Below, piece after piece: positions 1-9,344 of a stretch of DNA of 64,000 bases. The stretch is from Bordetella parapertussis (GTDB lineage: Bacteria > Pseudomonadota > Gammaproteobacteria > Burkholderiales > JACQAP01). The stretch covers positions 33,302 to 97,301 of the forward strand of contig CAMDKM010000008.1 in NCBI GenBank assembly GCA_945900965.1, in the 5' to 3' direction. The notes beneath the pieces were generated by a model that saw only the letters and a program-made list of their open reading frames with translations, was not told where the DNA came from and did no database searches. The first letter of the stretch is position 1. The number at the start of each line of letters is the position of its first letter. The translations under genes were made by a program, and so were the position numbers.

Positions 1-1
1 G

Positions 2-415
2 AATTTATTCCGAGCGGATGGCTGCGAAGAATGCGCCGCGAGGAGGGAGATCCGCAAGGCGAGAGAGCCACAGTTGCGGGAGTTGTCCGAACAGCGCGTT
101 CCTCGTGCGGACATGATCGAATGCGACGAGGAAATTCTGGTCCGTGCCGAAGTGCCGGGTGTGGACAAGAAGGACCTCGACATCTCGGTGACCCAGGATG
201 CCGTCACAATCAGGGGAACCGTCAGACGCAGGAACAAAGCGGGGAAAGAGGAGTACTTCCTTCACGAGATTGGCGAGTCGACGTTCGTTCGCACCATTGC
301 CTTGTTAAGCGAGGTGGATGGCGCTCGCGCCAAGGCGACATTCTGTGATGGCATGGTCGAGATAATGATTCCAAAACTCATCAAATACACCTGTTACCCC
401 GTCAAAGTGGATTAA
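2..415 (+). CDS. Hsp20/alpha-crystallin small heat-shock protein (5' end probably cut by the window edge)
   Basis: The frame is open from nt 2. The alpha-crystallin core ILVRAEVPGVDKKDLDISV...TIRG...EYFLHEIGESTFVRTIALLSEVDGARAKATFCDGMVEIMIPK is present. The ORF-track start at 74 is a TTG. Confidence 0.85.
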   Translation, partial: NLFRADGCEECAARREIRKAREPQLRELSEQRVPRADMIECDEEILVRAEVPGVDKKDLDISVTQDAVTIRGTVRRRNKAGKEEYFLHEIGESTFVRTIALLSEVDGARAKATFCDGMVEIMIPKLIKYTCYPVKVD

Positions 416-525
416 TCGGCCAACTGGCCCTCTCGCCTGATCCGGGCAACGCTTACTCGGTGACAATTTCAGAACGAGCGTGGTACGCGGCCCCTAATGC
501 GCAATGCCGGCAGACTCCTGGACCT

Positions 526-539
526 TTGACTTCGATCAA
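526..539. promoter_or_regulatory. FNR/Anr/Dnr-type box TTGACTTCGATCAA
   Basis: Matches TTGAY-N4-RTCAA. Lies between hsp20 and the small-ORF/HPF genes. Confidence 0.55.
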
Positions 540-572
540 GGTCAGGTGCATGCCCTGTGGTACCGTGAACGC

Positions 573-722
573 ATGAAACCGAGAAGAATGCTTGCCGCGC
601 TACTCGTCGCGCTTGGGGCGGTGATGTTGTTCGCCGCGCCCGAAACTTTCGGCGGCCTGATCGCCATCGCCGCCGGCGTCGTGGTCGAAAGCGTCGGCAT
701 TTTCCTGGAGAAACGCCAATAG
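573..722 (+). CDS. Small two-helix membrane protein, hypothetical
   Basis: Encodes MKPRRMLAALLVALGAVMLFAAPETFGGLIAIAAGVVVESVGIFLEKRQ. The ORF-track start at 504 would read through the box at 526-539, so the start was trimmed. No family recognised. Confidence 0.3.
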   Translation: MKPRRMLAALLVALGAVMLFAAPETFGGLIAIAAGVVVESVGIFLEKRQ

Positions 723-779
723 CGAATGCCGGGCGCATTTGGACATTATTCGATTTTCCCGACCCATCAAAATAAGGCA

Positions 780-1106
780 ATGCAAACCCCCATCCAGATC
801 ACATTCCACGGTATTTCCCACTCGGATGCGCTTGAGGCGCAAATTCGACAGCGGGCCGAAAAACTCGGGGAATTCCATTCGCGCATCATCAGTTGCCGGG
901 CGACGGTGGAAGAATTCCGAAAACACCATCAGCAAGGCCGGCAGTTCCGTGTCAGCATCGATTTGCGGGTGCCGGGCAAGGAAATTGTCGCCAATCGCGA
1001 TCACGATGAAGATGTTTATGTGGCCATGCGTGACGCATTTGATGCCGTCACGCGCCAACTCGAGGAGATTGCCCGTCAGATGCGCGAGGTATCGAGCCGC
1101 ACCTGA
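780..1106 (+). CDS. HPF/RaiA (ribosomal S30Ae) family ribosome-associated factor
   Basis: MQTPIQITFHGISHSDALEAQIRQRAEKLGEFHSRIISCRATVE...DVYVAMRDAFDAVTRQL fits the HPF/YfiA pattern. Start moved to ATG 780. Confidence 0.75.
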   Translation: MQTPIQITFHGISHSDALEAQIRQRAEKLGEFHSRIISCRATVEEFRKHHQQGRQFRVSIDLRVPGKEIVANRDHDEDVYVAMRDAFDAVTRQLEEIARQMREVSSRT

Positions 1107-1113
1107 GGGGAAA

Positions 1114-1776
1114 TCAAACGGACTTGTTTGCTGTGCGCTTACTCGACTGCTGCGACAGGAAGCCGATCACTTCGTTTTCCTCGACTTGGGGAAACCTGCG
1201 ATAAAACTGTGCGACCGCGTAGAACTCCTCGGGCGCTTCGAGGCACACCACTTCATCGGCCAGCGGCCTGACACGCTCCAGGCTGTCGGGCGCCGCAACC
1301 GGTACGGCGCAAATCAAGCGCTGCGGATGTTTGGCGCGCGCGGCATGAAGTGCGGCGATCATTGTCGCCCCGGTAGCCAGGCCATCGTCCACCACGATGA
1401 CGATCCGGTCTTTTGCCTCGATCGATGGTCGTGCAGGCGTGTATTGGGCGCGGCGCTTGCGAAGTGTTTCGCGTTGGGCGCTTTTCTCGCGCTCAATATA
1501 GCCAGGGTCGGCGCCAGAGCTCCTGGCGTGCTCCGCTACATAGGCCCAACCCGATTCATCCACGGCACCCACTGCCAGCTCGGGATTTAAAGGTGCGCGC
1601 AGCTTGCGCACCAGCACCACATCCAACTCGCCTTGCAGTTCGTCGGCCAGCACTTTGCCCATGCCCACCGCGCCGCGCGGGATGGCGAGAATAAGCGGAT
1701 TGCGTCCGCGAAAACGCCCCAGCGCCTGAGCCAGACGCCGCGCGGCATCATTGCGGGAATCGAAATGGATCGTCAT
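1114..1776 (-). CDS. Phosphoribosyltransferase-family protein
   Basis: PRTase loop IVIVVDDGLATGATM is present. Start trimmed to MTIHFDSRNDAARRL because nt 1843-1873 upstream are a REP-like palindrome (gtagggcgcaataagtggagcgcattgcgcc). Confidence 0.8.
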   Translation of the reverse strand: MTIHFDSRNDAARRLAQALGRFRGRNPLILAIPRGAVGMGKVLADELQGELDVVLVRKLRAPLNPELAVGAVDESGWAYVAEHARSSGADPGYIEREKSAQRETLRKRRAQYTPARPSIEAKDRIVIVVDDGLATGATMIAALHAARAKHPQRLICAVPVAAPDSLERVRPLADEVVCLEAPEEFYAVAQFYRRFPQVEENEVIGFLSQQSSKRTANKSV

Positions 1777-1923
1777 CGAAATCACATCATGCGCCGCTGG
1801 CGCCGAGTGTGTTTGCGCAAGGTCAAATGACTCAAAAAAAGCGTAGGGCGCAATAAGTGGAGCGCATTGCGCCGCGCATGTTTGCGAGCGCCGCAAAGCG
1901 GCGCGCAGAGTGATTTAACTATT

Positions 1924-2005
1924 CGCCGTTCACCGTTCACCGATCACCGATCACCCTTCCCCGTTCACGCTCTTACCCTTCACTCATTCACCCATTAACT
2001 TCATT
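1924..2005. repeat. TTCACC/GGTGAA-type short-period array (reverse orientation)
   Basis: Sequence is cgttcaccgttcaccgatcaccgatcacccttccccgttcacgctcttacccttcactcattcaccc. Confidence 0.9.
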
Positions 2006-2199
2006 CCGATATGGAACGATTTTTGGCGGGGTATCGTGAATTGCCTTCCCCGCAATCTCGATGGCTGGACAATGCAGGGCGCCGATTACGGAGGCAATAT
2101 TTCGGGAGACTTTTTCTAAAACCGGGTTATCACAAGGCCATTGGGGAATCCCGCCGCTCGGCAACCGACGTAAAATTATGCACTTTGAAGGAGGCCATC

Positions 2200-2430
2200 A
2201 TGCCTGATAATGTTATTGAGTTGGCTGAGCGCGGAAAAGCCCTTCCGGAGGATGAGCGCTCGCGCCTTGTAGATCTGCTGCTTGAGTCGTGACACGAACC
2301 CACGATCGCCGAGGTTGAAGCAGCCTGGGAGGTGGAGATTGAGCGACGTTTAGCGGAACATGATAGAGGTGAAGTTCAGGCCATAAACGCAGATGAAGTG
2401 TTCGCCAAGGCGAAAAACATTGCCCGGTAA
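2200..2430 (+). pseudogene. Addiction-module antitoxin (TIGR02574-like) with an in-frame TGA
   Basis: RBS gaaggagg precedes ATG 2200. Translation is MPDNVIELAERGKALPEDERSRLVDLLLES*HEPTIAEVEAAWEVEIERRLAEHDRGEVQAINADEVFAKAKNIAR. The TGA at 2290-2292 is in frame, and the conserved EVEAAW...IERR half lies after it. Confidence 0.7.
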
Positions 2431-2738
2431 TAAAGGCTCATTTCCTACCGGCTGCCGAAGCGGAACTACTAAAGCAAGTCGCATACTACTCGATCGCTCG
2501 TGAAGGATTTGGCGTTAAATTTCGAGCGGCAATTATGCTCGCAGTGGAAATGGCTGCTGCCAATCCAGAAAGTGGCGCCGCGTCGCACAAGGGAACACGT
2601 AGGCGTATCGTCAAGGGCTTTCCGTTCAGCGTCGTATATCGCCCAAGCGACACAGAGCTTCTTATAGTCGCCATCGCACCCAATCGACGGAAGCCCCAAA
2701 TACTGGGGCGGTCGCCTTGCTTGACGGCCAACCCATAA
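2430..2738 (+). pseudogene. RelE/ParE-family toxin lacking a start codon (ATA where ATG is expected)
   Basis: The frame reads I-KAHFLPAAEAELLKQVAYYSIAREGFGVKFRAAIMLAVEMAAANPESGAASHKGTRRRIVKGFPFSVVYRPSDTELLIVAIAPNRRKP. No ATG/GTG/TTG lies between the upstream stop (2394-2396) and M at 2535. Confidence 0.6.
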
Positions 2739-2801
2739 TGTGTTTTCTCTGAAAGCGAAGTAATGGGGAGATTTTTGTCATGAATGCGGCGAAATTTATT
2801 G

Positions 2802-2883
2802 GTAGGGCGCAATAGCAGAGCGTCTGGCCCCGAACGATTGTGTCGCGGTCCCGGCGAGTTACGCGTTGCTAACCCGCCCTACG
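2802..2883. repeat. REP-like ~80-bp element (gtagggcgcaatagc...gttacgc..gctaac...ctacg)
   Basis: Second copy at 24996-25073. Related palindromes at 1843-1873 and 28478-28553. Confidence 0.8.
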
Positions 2884-2917
2884 TTCTCACCCCTCACGCC
2901 TCTCGCCTCACCCCTTG

Positions 2918-2931
2918 TTGATCTCGATCAA
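2918..2931. promoter_or_regulatory. FNR-type box TTGATCTCGATCAA (perfect)
   Basis: Lies upstream of the DksA/TraR-like gene. Confidence 0.65.
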
Positions 2932-2966
2932 CAGCATGGGCCGAGTACTTCGATAACGTAATAAAC

Positions 2967-3389
2967 ATGGGTGCCGAGGTGACTGAGAGGAGGATCGCAG
3001 TGCTGAAGCCTGAACAACTGACGAAATTGCGGGCGATGATCGATCAACGCCACATAGCGCTTTCCGCCGAGTTGCACTCCGACGCGGCTCGCTTGAGAAA
3101 CGAGACTTATGGGGAACTTGCCGGTGCGGTGCCGGACAGAGGAGATCAGGCGACCGCGGACGTGATGGCGGATATCGCTCATGCTGATCTGTCGCGCGAT
3201 TTGCGGGAGCTGCGGGCGGTGGAGGCGGCACAGGAACGTATCGCCAGCGGGCAATATGGGTCATGCATGGATTGCGCCGGGAAAATCCCCTTCGAAAGAC
3301 TGCTCGCCCAGCCGACTGCCCTGCGTTGTTTCGATTGCCAGGGGCGTTACGAAAAGAGCCATGTGCATCCGGCAGAGCCGAAGCTTTAG
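2967..3389 (+). CDS. DksA/TraR-family C4 zinc-finger protein
   Basis: C-terminal CMDCAGKIPFERLLAQPTALRCFDCQ motif. A GTG at 3000 with SD gagaggagg is an alternative start. Confidence 0.85.
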   Translation: MGAEVTERRIAVLKPEQLTKLRAMIDQRHIALSAELHSDAARLRNETYGELAGAVPDRGDQATADVMADIAHADLSRDLRELRAVEAAQERIASGQYGSCMDCAGKIPFERLLAQPTALRCFDCQGRYEKSHVHPAEPKL

Positions 3390-3391
3390 GC

Positions 3392-3510
3392 GTGAACGGT
3401 GATCGGTGAACAGTGAACGGTAGTGAAGGGTGTAAAGGCCGTGAAGGCGTGAATGAGTGAAGGGTGAAGGGTGTAAACCCTCAATCCCCGATCCGCAATC
3501 CTCAATCCCC
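3392..3510. repeat. GTGAAGG/GTGAACG array followed by a CCTCAATCC array
   Basis: Sequence is gtgaacggtgatcggtgaacagtgaacggtagtgaagggtgtaaaggccgtgaaggcgtgaatgagtgaagggtgaagggtgtaaaccctcaatccccgatccgcaatcctcaatcccc. Confidence 0.9.
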
Positions 3511-3524
3511 GCCCCTGCTTCACA

Positions 3525-6065
3525 ATGGACTCTGATCCTCATCGCTTGCCTGCTCACACTGGTCTATCCGAGTCCGAGGCGGCGGCACGCCTGCAGCGCT
3601 ACGGGCCCAACGAACTGCCGCGCTCGAAACGTCGGAACGTGCCGGCGATCGCGCTGGAGGTTCTGGGCGAACCGATGTTCATGTTGCTGGTGGCGGGTGG
3701 TGTGATTTATCTGCTGCTGGGGGACTTGCAGGAAGCGCTGATCCTGCTGGTATCGGTGTTTGTCGTGATCGGCATCACAGTTTATCAGGAGCTGAAGACC
3801 GAGCGCGCCCTGGAAGCGCTGCGCGATCTGTCCAGTCCGCGGGCACTGGTGATGCGGGATGGCAAGGAGCGGCGTATCGCCGGGCGGGAGGTGGTTCCCG
3901 GGGATCTCCTGATCCTGCATGAGGGAGATCGGGTGCCGGCCGATGGCGTGATGTTGGAGTGCACCGAACTGTCTGCCGATGAATCCCTGCTGACCGGAGA
4001 ATCCCTGCCGGTTTCCAAGCGCGCAGCGGATGTCGATATTCATGAGATGAGCAAACCCGGAGGTGAGGGACAGCCCTTTGTTTTCTCCGGCACATTGGTG
4101 GTGCAGGGATTTGGCAGAGCGCGCGTTCTTGCCACCGGCGCACGGACGCAAATCGGCGCCATCGGCCGCGCGCTGCAAAGCGTGGAACTCCAAAATACGC
4201 CCCTGCAAGTAAAAACCGCGCAGGTGGTGCGGGTGTTTGCCGGTATAGGACTGTTGTTATGCCTTGCCGTGGTGGTGCTTTACGGCTCGCTGCGCGGCGA
4301 CTGGTTGGCGGGTTTGCTTGCCGGGATCACGCTGGCCATGGCGGTGCTGCCGGAAGAATTTCCGGTGGTACTGACCGTGTTCCTCGCGTTGGGCGCATGG
4401 CGCATCTCGCAGAAAAAAGTGCTGACCCGGCGCATGCCTGCGATTGAAACCCTGGGTTCGGCCACTGTGCTGTGTGTGGACAAGACCGGCACGCTGACGG
4501 AAAACCGCATGGCGGTAGCGGAATTTGCCGCCGCGGGTTATCACCACGATGCCAGGCGCGGCGCCTTGCCGGAATCGGTGATGCCCGTGGTCCGTTTTGC
4601 GGCGCTGGCCTGCGAAACGGATCCTTTCGATCCGATGGAGCGGGCCATTGTTGGCTATGCGGCCGAACACGATGCCGAATCGACGCGGATGCGCAGCCAG
4701 TGGCGGCTCGTGAAGGAATACGACCTGACGCGGGGTCTGCTTGCGGTGACCCATTGCTGGCGCAAGGATGGCGAGATCGTTGTCGCCAGCAAGGGCGCGC
4801 CGGAAGCCATTGCGGCGCTTTGCCGGGCCGATGCTGATCAGACGGCGAGTATCCTGGACGAGACGGCCCGCATGGCCTCGCGGGGACGCAGGGTGCTTGG
4901 GGTAGCGCATGCACGTTTCGAAGGCGGAGAATTCCCTGCCGACCCCGGAGGATTCCAATTTCAATTTGTCGGCTTGATCGCGCTGGCCGATCCGGTACGG
5001 AGTACGGTGCCCCATGCTCTGAAGGAATGTTACGACGCCGGTATCCGCGTAGTGATGATCACCGGCGATTACCCTGGCACGGCGCTGTCGATCGCCCACG
5101 ATATCGGCCTGAAATCGCCGGGCGGAGTGTTGACCGGCGAACAAATCGAGCGCATGAGCAATGCGGAGCTGCGCACACGGGTGGCCGAGGTTGGCATTTT
5201 TGCGCGGGTGGCTCCCGAACAAAAACTTGCGCTGGTCGAGGCGCTGAAGGCGAACGGGGAAATCGTCGCCATGACCGGCGACGGTGTCAACGACGCACCG
5301 GCGCTCAAGAGCGCCCATATCGGCGTGGCCATGGGCGGGCGGGGTACCGACGTGGCGCGCGAGGCCTCCTCTCTGGTGCTGCTCGATGACGACTTCAAAT
5401 CCATCGTCGAGGCGGTGCGCCTTGGCCGGCGCATCTACGACAACATTCTCCACGCCATGATTTACCTGATTGCGGTACATGTACCGACCGCAGGCATGTC
5501 GCTGGTGCCGCTGCTGTTCGGCTGGCCGCTGGTATTCGCGCCGGTGCACATTGTGTTTCTGGAATTTGTCATCGACCCGGCCTGTTCCATTGCTTTCGAA
5601 GCGGAGCCGGGCCATCCCGGCAATATGAAACGTCCGCCGCGCAGCCCCAAGGAACCTTTGCTCGGGGCAAGTTTACTGACCCACGCTTTTATTCAGGGCG
5701 CGGCCATGTTGGTGGCCATCGCCGTCATGTACGGGCTGGTGCTCGATATGGGTTACGGCGAGACGCGGGCACGCGCCATGGCATTCGCCGCGCTGGTGAT
5801 AGGTAACACCGGATTGATTCTCACCAACCGTTCGCGCAGCCGCAATTTGCTGGCGACGCTGCGCATGCCCAACCGGGCATTATGGTGGGTAATCGGTGGC
5901 GCACTCGCAGGGTTGGCGGCGGCGTTGTATCTTCCGCCGCTTCAGGAGGTGTTCCGCTTCGAGGCGCTGGGCGGCACCGATCTGGCGCTGTGCCTGCTGG
6001 CCGCGTCGGCGGGCGTGTTCTGGTCGGAGATGGTTAAGCTGGTGCCCAGATTCAAATTGCAGTAG
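3525..6065 (+). CDS. P-type (P2-like) cation-transporting ATPase, substrate unassigned
   Basis: 846 aa. Contains DKTGTLTEN, MITGDYPGTA and TGDGVNDAPALK. The TM4 motif is LPEEFP rather than PEGLP. Confidence 0.9.
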   Translation: MDSDPHRLPAHTGLSESEAAARLQRYGPNELPRSKRRNVPAIALEVLGEPMFMLLVAGGVIYLLLGDLQEALILLVSVFVVIGITVYQELKTERALEALRDLSSPRALVMRDGKERRIAGREVVPGDLLILHEGDRVPADGVMLECTELSADESLLTGESLPVSKRAADVDIHEMSKPGGEGQPFVFSGTLVVQGFGRARVLATGARTQIGAIGRALQSVELQNTPLQVKTAQVVRVFAGIGLLLCLAVVVLYGSLRGDWLAGLLAGITLAMAVLPEEFPVVLTVFLALGAWRISQKKVLTRRMPAIETLGSATVLCVDKTGTLTENRMAVAEFAAAGYHHDARRGALPESVMPVVRFAALACETDPFDPMERAIVGYAAEHDAESTRMRSQWRLVKEYDLTRGLLAVTHCWRKDGEIVVASKGAPEAIAALCRADADQTASILDETARMASRGRRVLGVAHARFEGGEFPADPGGFQFQFVGLIALADPVRSTVPHALKECYDAGIRVVMITGDYPGTALSIAHDIGLKSPGGVLTGEQIERMSNAELRTRVAEVGIFARVAPEQKLALVEALKANGEIVAMTGDGVNDAPALKSAHIGVAMGGRGTDVAREASSLVLLDDDFKSIVEAVRLGRRIYDNILHAMIYLIAVHVPTAGMSLVPLLFGWPLVFAPVHIVFLEFVIDPACSIAFEAEPGHPGNMKRPPRSPKEPLLGASLLTHAFIQGAAMLVAIAVMYGLVLDMGYGETRARAMAFAALVIGNTGLILTNRSRSRNLLATLRMPNRALWWVIGGALAGLAAALYLPPLQEVFRFEALGGTDLALCLLAASAGVFWSEMVKLVPRFKLQ

Positions 6066-6069
6066 GAGA

Positions 6070-7878
6070 TCAGCGCGGCGCCTCGCACAGGGTTTCGAGC
6101 GAGCGCGGAGCGCCGAAGTAGGAACCCTGCGCATAGTCGATGCCCACGGTTTTGATGCGTTCCGCAGTACGCGCATCTTCCACGTATTCGGCAATGGTCT
6201 TGATATTCATGACGTGTGCGATCTGATGGATGGCGTTGACCACGGCGGCATCGACGGCATCGCCCAGCATGCCCGAGATAAATCGTCCATCGATCTTCAG
6301 GAAGTCGACATGCAGCGTCTTCAGATAGGAAAAGGAGGAAAGTCCGCTGCCGAAGTCATCGAGCGCGAAGCGGCAGCCACGTTTGCGCAACTGGGTGATA
6401 AATTCCAGCGCGTGCCGGTAGTTGGTAATCGCGGCGGTTTCGGTGATTTCGAAGCATAAACGGGAGGCGAGATCCGCTTCACCCAGTGTATCGAGCACAT
6501 ATTCCAGGAACGTGCCGTCGCTCAACGACTGAGCGGAAATATTGATCGAGAGCAGGTCGGGCGCATTCTCCTTGGGGCAGGTCGTAATGAAGTTCAGAGC
6601 GTGGCCGATCACCCATTTGTCCACGGCGACCATCTGATCGTAGCGCTCCGCGGCCGGGATAAATGCTCCGGGCGGAACCACTTCTCCCGACTTATCCAGC
6701 ATGCGCACCAGCACTTCGCCGTGCGCGATCCGGGCCTGGGGGTCGGACAGCGCCACAATGGGCTCGATATCCAGCCGAAAACGATTCTCGGCCAAAGCGC
6801 GCTGAATTTGCGGAATCCAGCGCATCTCGCCATGGCGCCGCGCCAGATCAGTATCGTTGGCCTTGAACAACTGCACCCGGTTGCGCCCCTGGTCCTTGGC
6901 CAGGTAGCAGGCACTGTCCGCTGCCTTCATGATTTCCTGAATCGAATCGCTGGTATCGGTGATGGGCACCACACCAATGCTCACTCCCACGCCAAATTGA
7001 TGCTCTTCCCAGAGGAATCGAAACGCATGGACCGCCCGGCGCATTTTCTCAGCAATCCTCACCGCCAAATCGGAAGAGCAGTGTTCCAGCAGTGCACCAA
7101 ATTCGTCGCCGCCCAGCCGCGCCAGGGTATCGCGTTTGCGCAGGCAGGTTTGCAGAAGCTGGGCGATCTGTTTGAGCATTTCGTCCCCGGCCATGTGCCC
7201 GCAACTGTCGTTGACGATCTTGAATTGATCGAGGTCGAGGTAGAGCAGGGCGTGTTCGTCATGCGGTGCGCGCTCGTCAAATACCCTTTTGAGGCGGTGT
7301 TCGAATTCCTCGCGATTCACCAGCCCGGTCAACGAATCGTGCATTGCCTGGTGGGCAAGCTTGCGGCTCATTTCGCGTTTTTCCGTGACGTCACGAAAGG
7401 AAATGACCGCACCAATGGTCTCGCCCTGGGAATTCTTGATGGGCGATAACGCGCCATCAATGATCGACTTCTCTCCATCGTCCAGAACGACCAGGGTATG
7501 TTCGGTCGAGAAGGATGGATCTCCGCGCAGGCAGGCCTGCACGAGTTCTTCCAGAGGAGCGCGCGAGTGTTCATCCGTCGCGTGGGCTATTTTCTCGATC
7601 TTGAGGCCGAGGGCGTCGCCCTGGGTCCATCCGGTGATTTTCTCCGCAATCGGGTTCATGAACGTGATGCACCGGCGCGCGTCGGTGGTGATGACGGCCT
7701 CGCCGATGGAGGCGAGCGTGACTCGGTAACGCTCTTTTTCCTGATACAGCGCCTCATCCTGCCGGCGGCGCAAATGCATCTTCGCCTCGCCGCCGATGTT
7801 TTTGACCTCGGCGACGGCAACCGCGATTTTGTTTCGATAAGAGGGGTTACTCAACATGGTCATTGAGCGGGTTGTCAT
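6070..7878 (-). CDS. PAS-GGDEF-EAL c-di-GMP turnover protein
   Basis: Contains a PAS domain (VTLASIGEAVITTDARRCITFMNPIAEKITGW), GGDEF (LARLGGDEFGALL) and EAL-domain motifs (EVLVRM, FEITETA, DDFGSG). Confidence 0.9.
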   Translation of the reverse strand: MTTRSMTMLSNPSYRNKIAVAVAEVKNIGGEAKMHLRRRQDEALYQEKERYRVTLASIGEAVITTDARRCITFMNPIAEKITGWTQGDALGLKIEKIAHATDEHSRAPLEELVQACLRGDPSFSTEHTLVVLDDGEKSIIDGALSPIKNSQGETIGAVISFRDVTEKREMSRKLAHQAMHDSLTGLVNREEFEHRLKRVFDERAPHDEHALLYLDLDQFKIVNDSCGHMAGDEMLKQIAQLLQTCLRKRDTLARLGGDEFGALLEHCSSDLAVRIAEKMRRAVHAFRFLWEEHQFGVGVSIGVVPITDTSDSIQEIMKAADSACYLAKDQGRNRVQLFKANDTDLARRHGEMRWIPQIQRALAENRFRLDIEPIVALSDPQARIAHGEVLVRMLDKSGEVVPPGAFIPAAERYDQMVAVDKWVIGHALNFITTCPKENAPDLLSINISAQSLSDGTFLEYVLDTLGEADLASRLCFEITETAAITNYRHALEFITQLRKRGCRFALDDFGSGLSSFSYLKTLHVDFLKIDGRFISGMLGDAVDAAVVNAIHQIAHVMNIKTIAEYVEDARTAERIKTVGIDYAQGSYFGAPRSLETLCEAPR

Positions 7879-8139
7879 GGCTTCGTATTCCTTTCCTTTT
7901 CTGACCGACTTGGAGGGGGGAGGTTCGCGTCACACCCAAAAATCTAATCACCTCTTCCTGTCGGGAAAACTGCCAAAGCTCATAAGGGCGCGATAAAATA
8001 ATTTCATTAAATATATCGATAAGTCATTATGTTACATAATAACTCAAAAGTAAATTAGCGATAATTTCCCCCAAATTAACCGATGGCGAAATCGGCCGCT
8101 TCGACGAGCATCTTTCAGCCCGCCCAAGCTGTCCAATTG

Positions 8140-9156
8140 CTACAACCCGAACAGACGCACGACTTCGAAGTACACCACAAGAGAGAGCACATCTTGCACG
8201 ATCGTTCCGATCGGCCCGGCACCGAGGGCGGGGTCGCGCCCCAGACGAGCAAAAGCCCAGGGCAGTGAAATGCCCAGCACGGCGGCGACGCACCCGGCGG
8301 TGAGAATGGCGCTGGCGACCGCCGCAGATAGCCGCAGGTCGCCGAATGCGAGGTGAACTGCCGGAAATGCGCAGGCGCCAAGGGCAAGACCGATCAACAG
8401 TCCGGTACGCAGTTCGCCGGCTACCAGCTTGGCAATTCCGGAGCGTGTCAGGGACAGGCCACGGACCGCAATGGCTTCGCTCTGCGTGCCGATGGCGTCG
8501 GCAAGATAGACGATCGCGGGTACAAAAAACGCGACTGCGACATTCTCCTGTAACACTGATTCGAATTGCGTCATCGTTACCGTTGCAACACCACTGCCGG
8601 CCAGCCCCACCAGCAGCCAGGGCAGGCGGTGGCGTACTTGCCGCATTGGCGGATCCTCGATGGCGTGGCGTGCTTTGGCGGTTTCGTGTCGAATGCCGGC
8701 GAGCCGATGCAAGTCCTCCACATGCTCTTTGCGCAGCACCTGCATGATTATCTGTGCAGGCATCACCCCTAGCGGTCGGCCCTCCGCGTCAACCACCGGC
8801 AAGGCATCGACGCCATGGTGCAGGGCGATCGTGGCGGCTCGCTCCTGGTCCTCGGCACCGCTGACACGTGGGAAGGACGCATCGATGGCGGTCCCGACCG
8901 GCGTTGCCGGATCGAGGTTGATCAATCTTGCGATTGGTACCACACCTTCCAGCCGGCCGGTGTCGTCAGCGACAAGGATCAGTTCGATGTTCTCGTGACC
9001 GGCGCCATGCAGCCTGGAAAGCACCACACTGGCCGGTTCGGCATGGGCTACGATAGGAACGTTGGCGACGACATGCGTAGCAACCGTCTCATCAGCCAGA
9101 GGCAGAGGTGAGTGAATGTCAGGGCTTTCATGGGGCATACTCATTGGTGAAATCAT
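8140..9156 (-). CDS. MgtE-family divalent-cation transporter (CBS pair plus MgtE membrane domain, no MgtE_N domain)
   Basis: Contains LPVVDAEGRPLGVM (CBS) followed by FVPAIVYLADAIGTQSEAIAVRGL...GTIVQDVLSLVVYF. Confidence 0.8.
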   Translation of the reverse strand: MISPMSMPHESPDIHSPLPLADETVATHVVANVPIVAHAEPASVVLSRLHGAGHENIELILVADDTGRLEGVVPIARLINLDPATPVGTAIDASFPRVSGAEDQERAATIALHHGVDALPVVDAEGRPLGVMPAQIIMQVLRKEHVEDLHRLAGIRHETAKARHAIEDPPMRQVRHRLPWLLVGLAGSGVATVTMTQFESVLQENVAVAFFVPAIVYLADAIGTQSEAIAVRGLSLTRSGIAKLVAGELRTGLLIGLALGACAFPAVHLAFGDLRLSAAVASAILTAGCVAAVLGISLPWAFARLGRDPALGAGPIGTIVQDVLSLVVYFEVVRLFGL

Positions 9157-9179
9157 GCTCTTGAGGGCAATGCCCGTCC

Positions 9180-9193
9180 TTGATCGGCATCAA
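9180..9193. promoter_or_regulatory. FNR-type box TTGATCGGCATCAA (perfect)
   Basis: Lies between the divergent mgtE-like and NSS genes. It is only 24-37 nt from ATG 9156, so the mgtE-like start or the target gene is uncertain. Confidence 0.55.
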
Positions 9194-9257
9194 GCGCTTG
9201 CGCATGCCTTTGCCCATCATGCAAATGAAATAAGGAAACACTGAAAAAGTTCCAATT

Positions 9258-9344
9258 TGTCATTCCCATGGAAACGGGAATCCAGGACTTTCAAAGAACA
9301 CTGGTTCCCCGCTTGCGTGGGGAAGACACTTATTCAGTATTTCC
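9258..9344. mobile_element. Partial copy of the RS3-core MITE (left TIR missing)
   Basis: tgtcattcccatggaaacgggaatccag...ggggaagacacttattcagtatttcc aligns to the reverse complement of 23284-23398. Confidence 0.75.

Noticed and set aside
739-1590. 283-aa plus-strand ORF
   Set aside because: It is out of frame with the HPF-like gene and then antisense to the phosphoribosyltransferase gene. No motifs.
2290-2292. In-frame TGA of the antitoxin as selenocysteine or programmed read-through
   Set aside because: No SECIS-like hairpin was noticed downstream. The position aligns with Leu in remembered homologs. The partner toxin has also lost its start codon, which favours decay.
4257-5615. 452-aa minus-strand ORF inside the P-type ATPase gene
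   Set aside because: It is antisense to a protein with DKTGT and GDGVNDAP motifs and has no recognisable features of its own.
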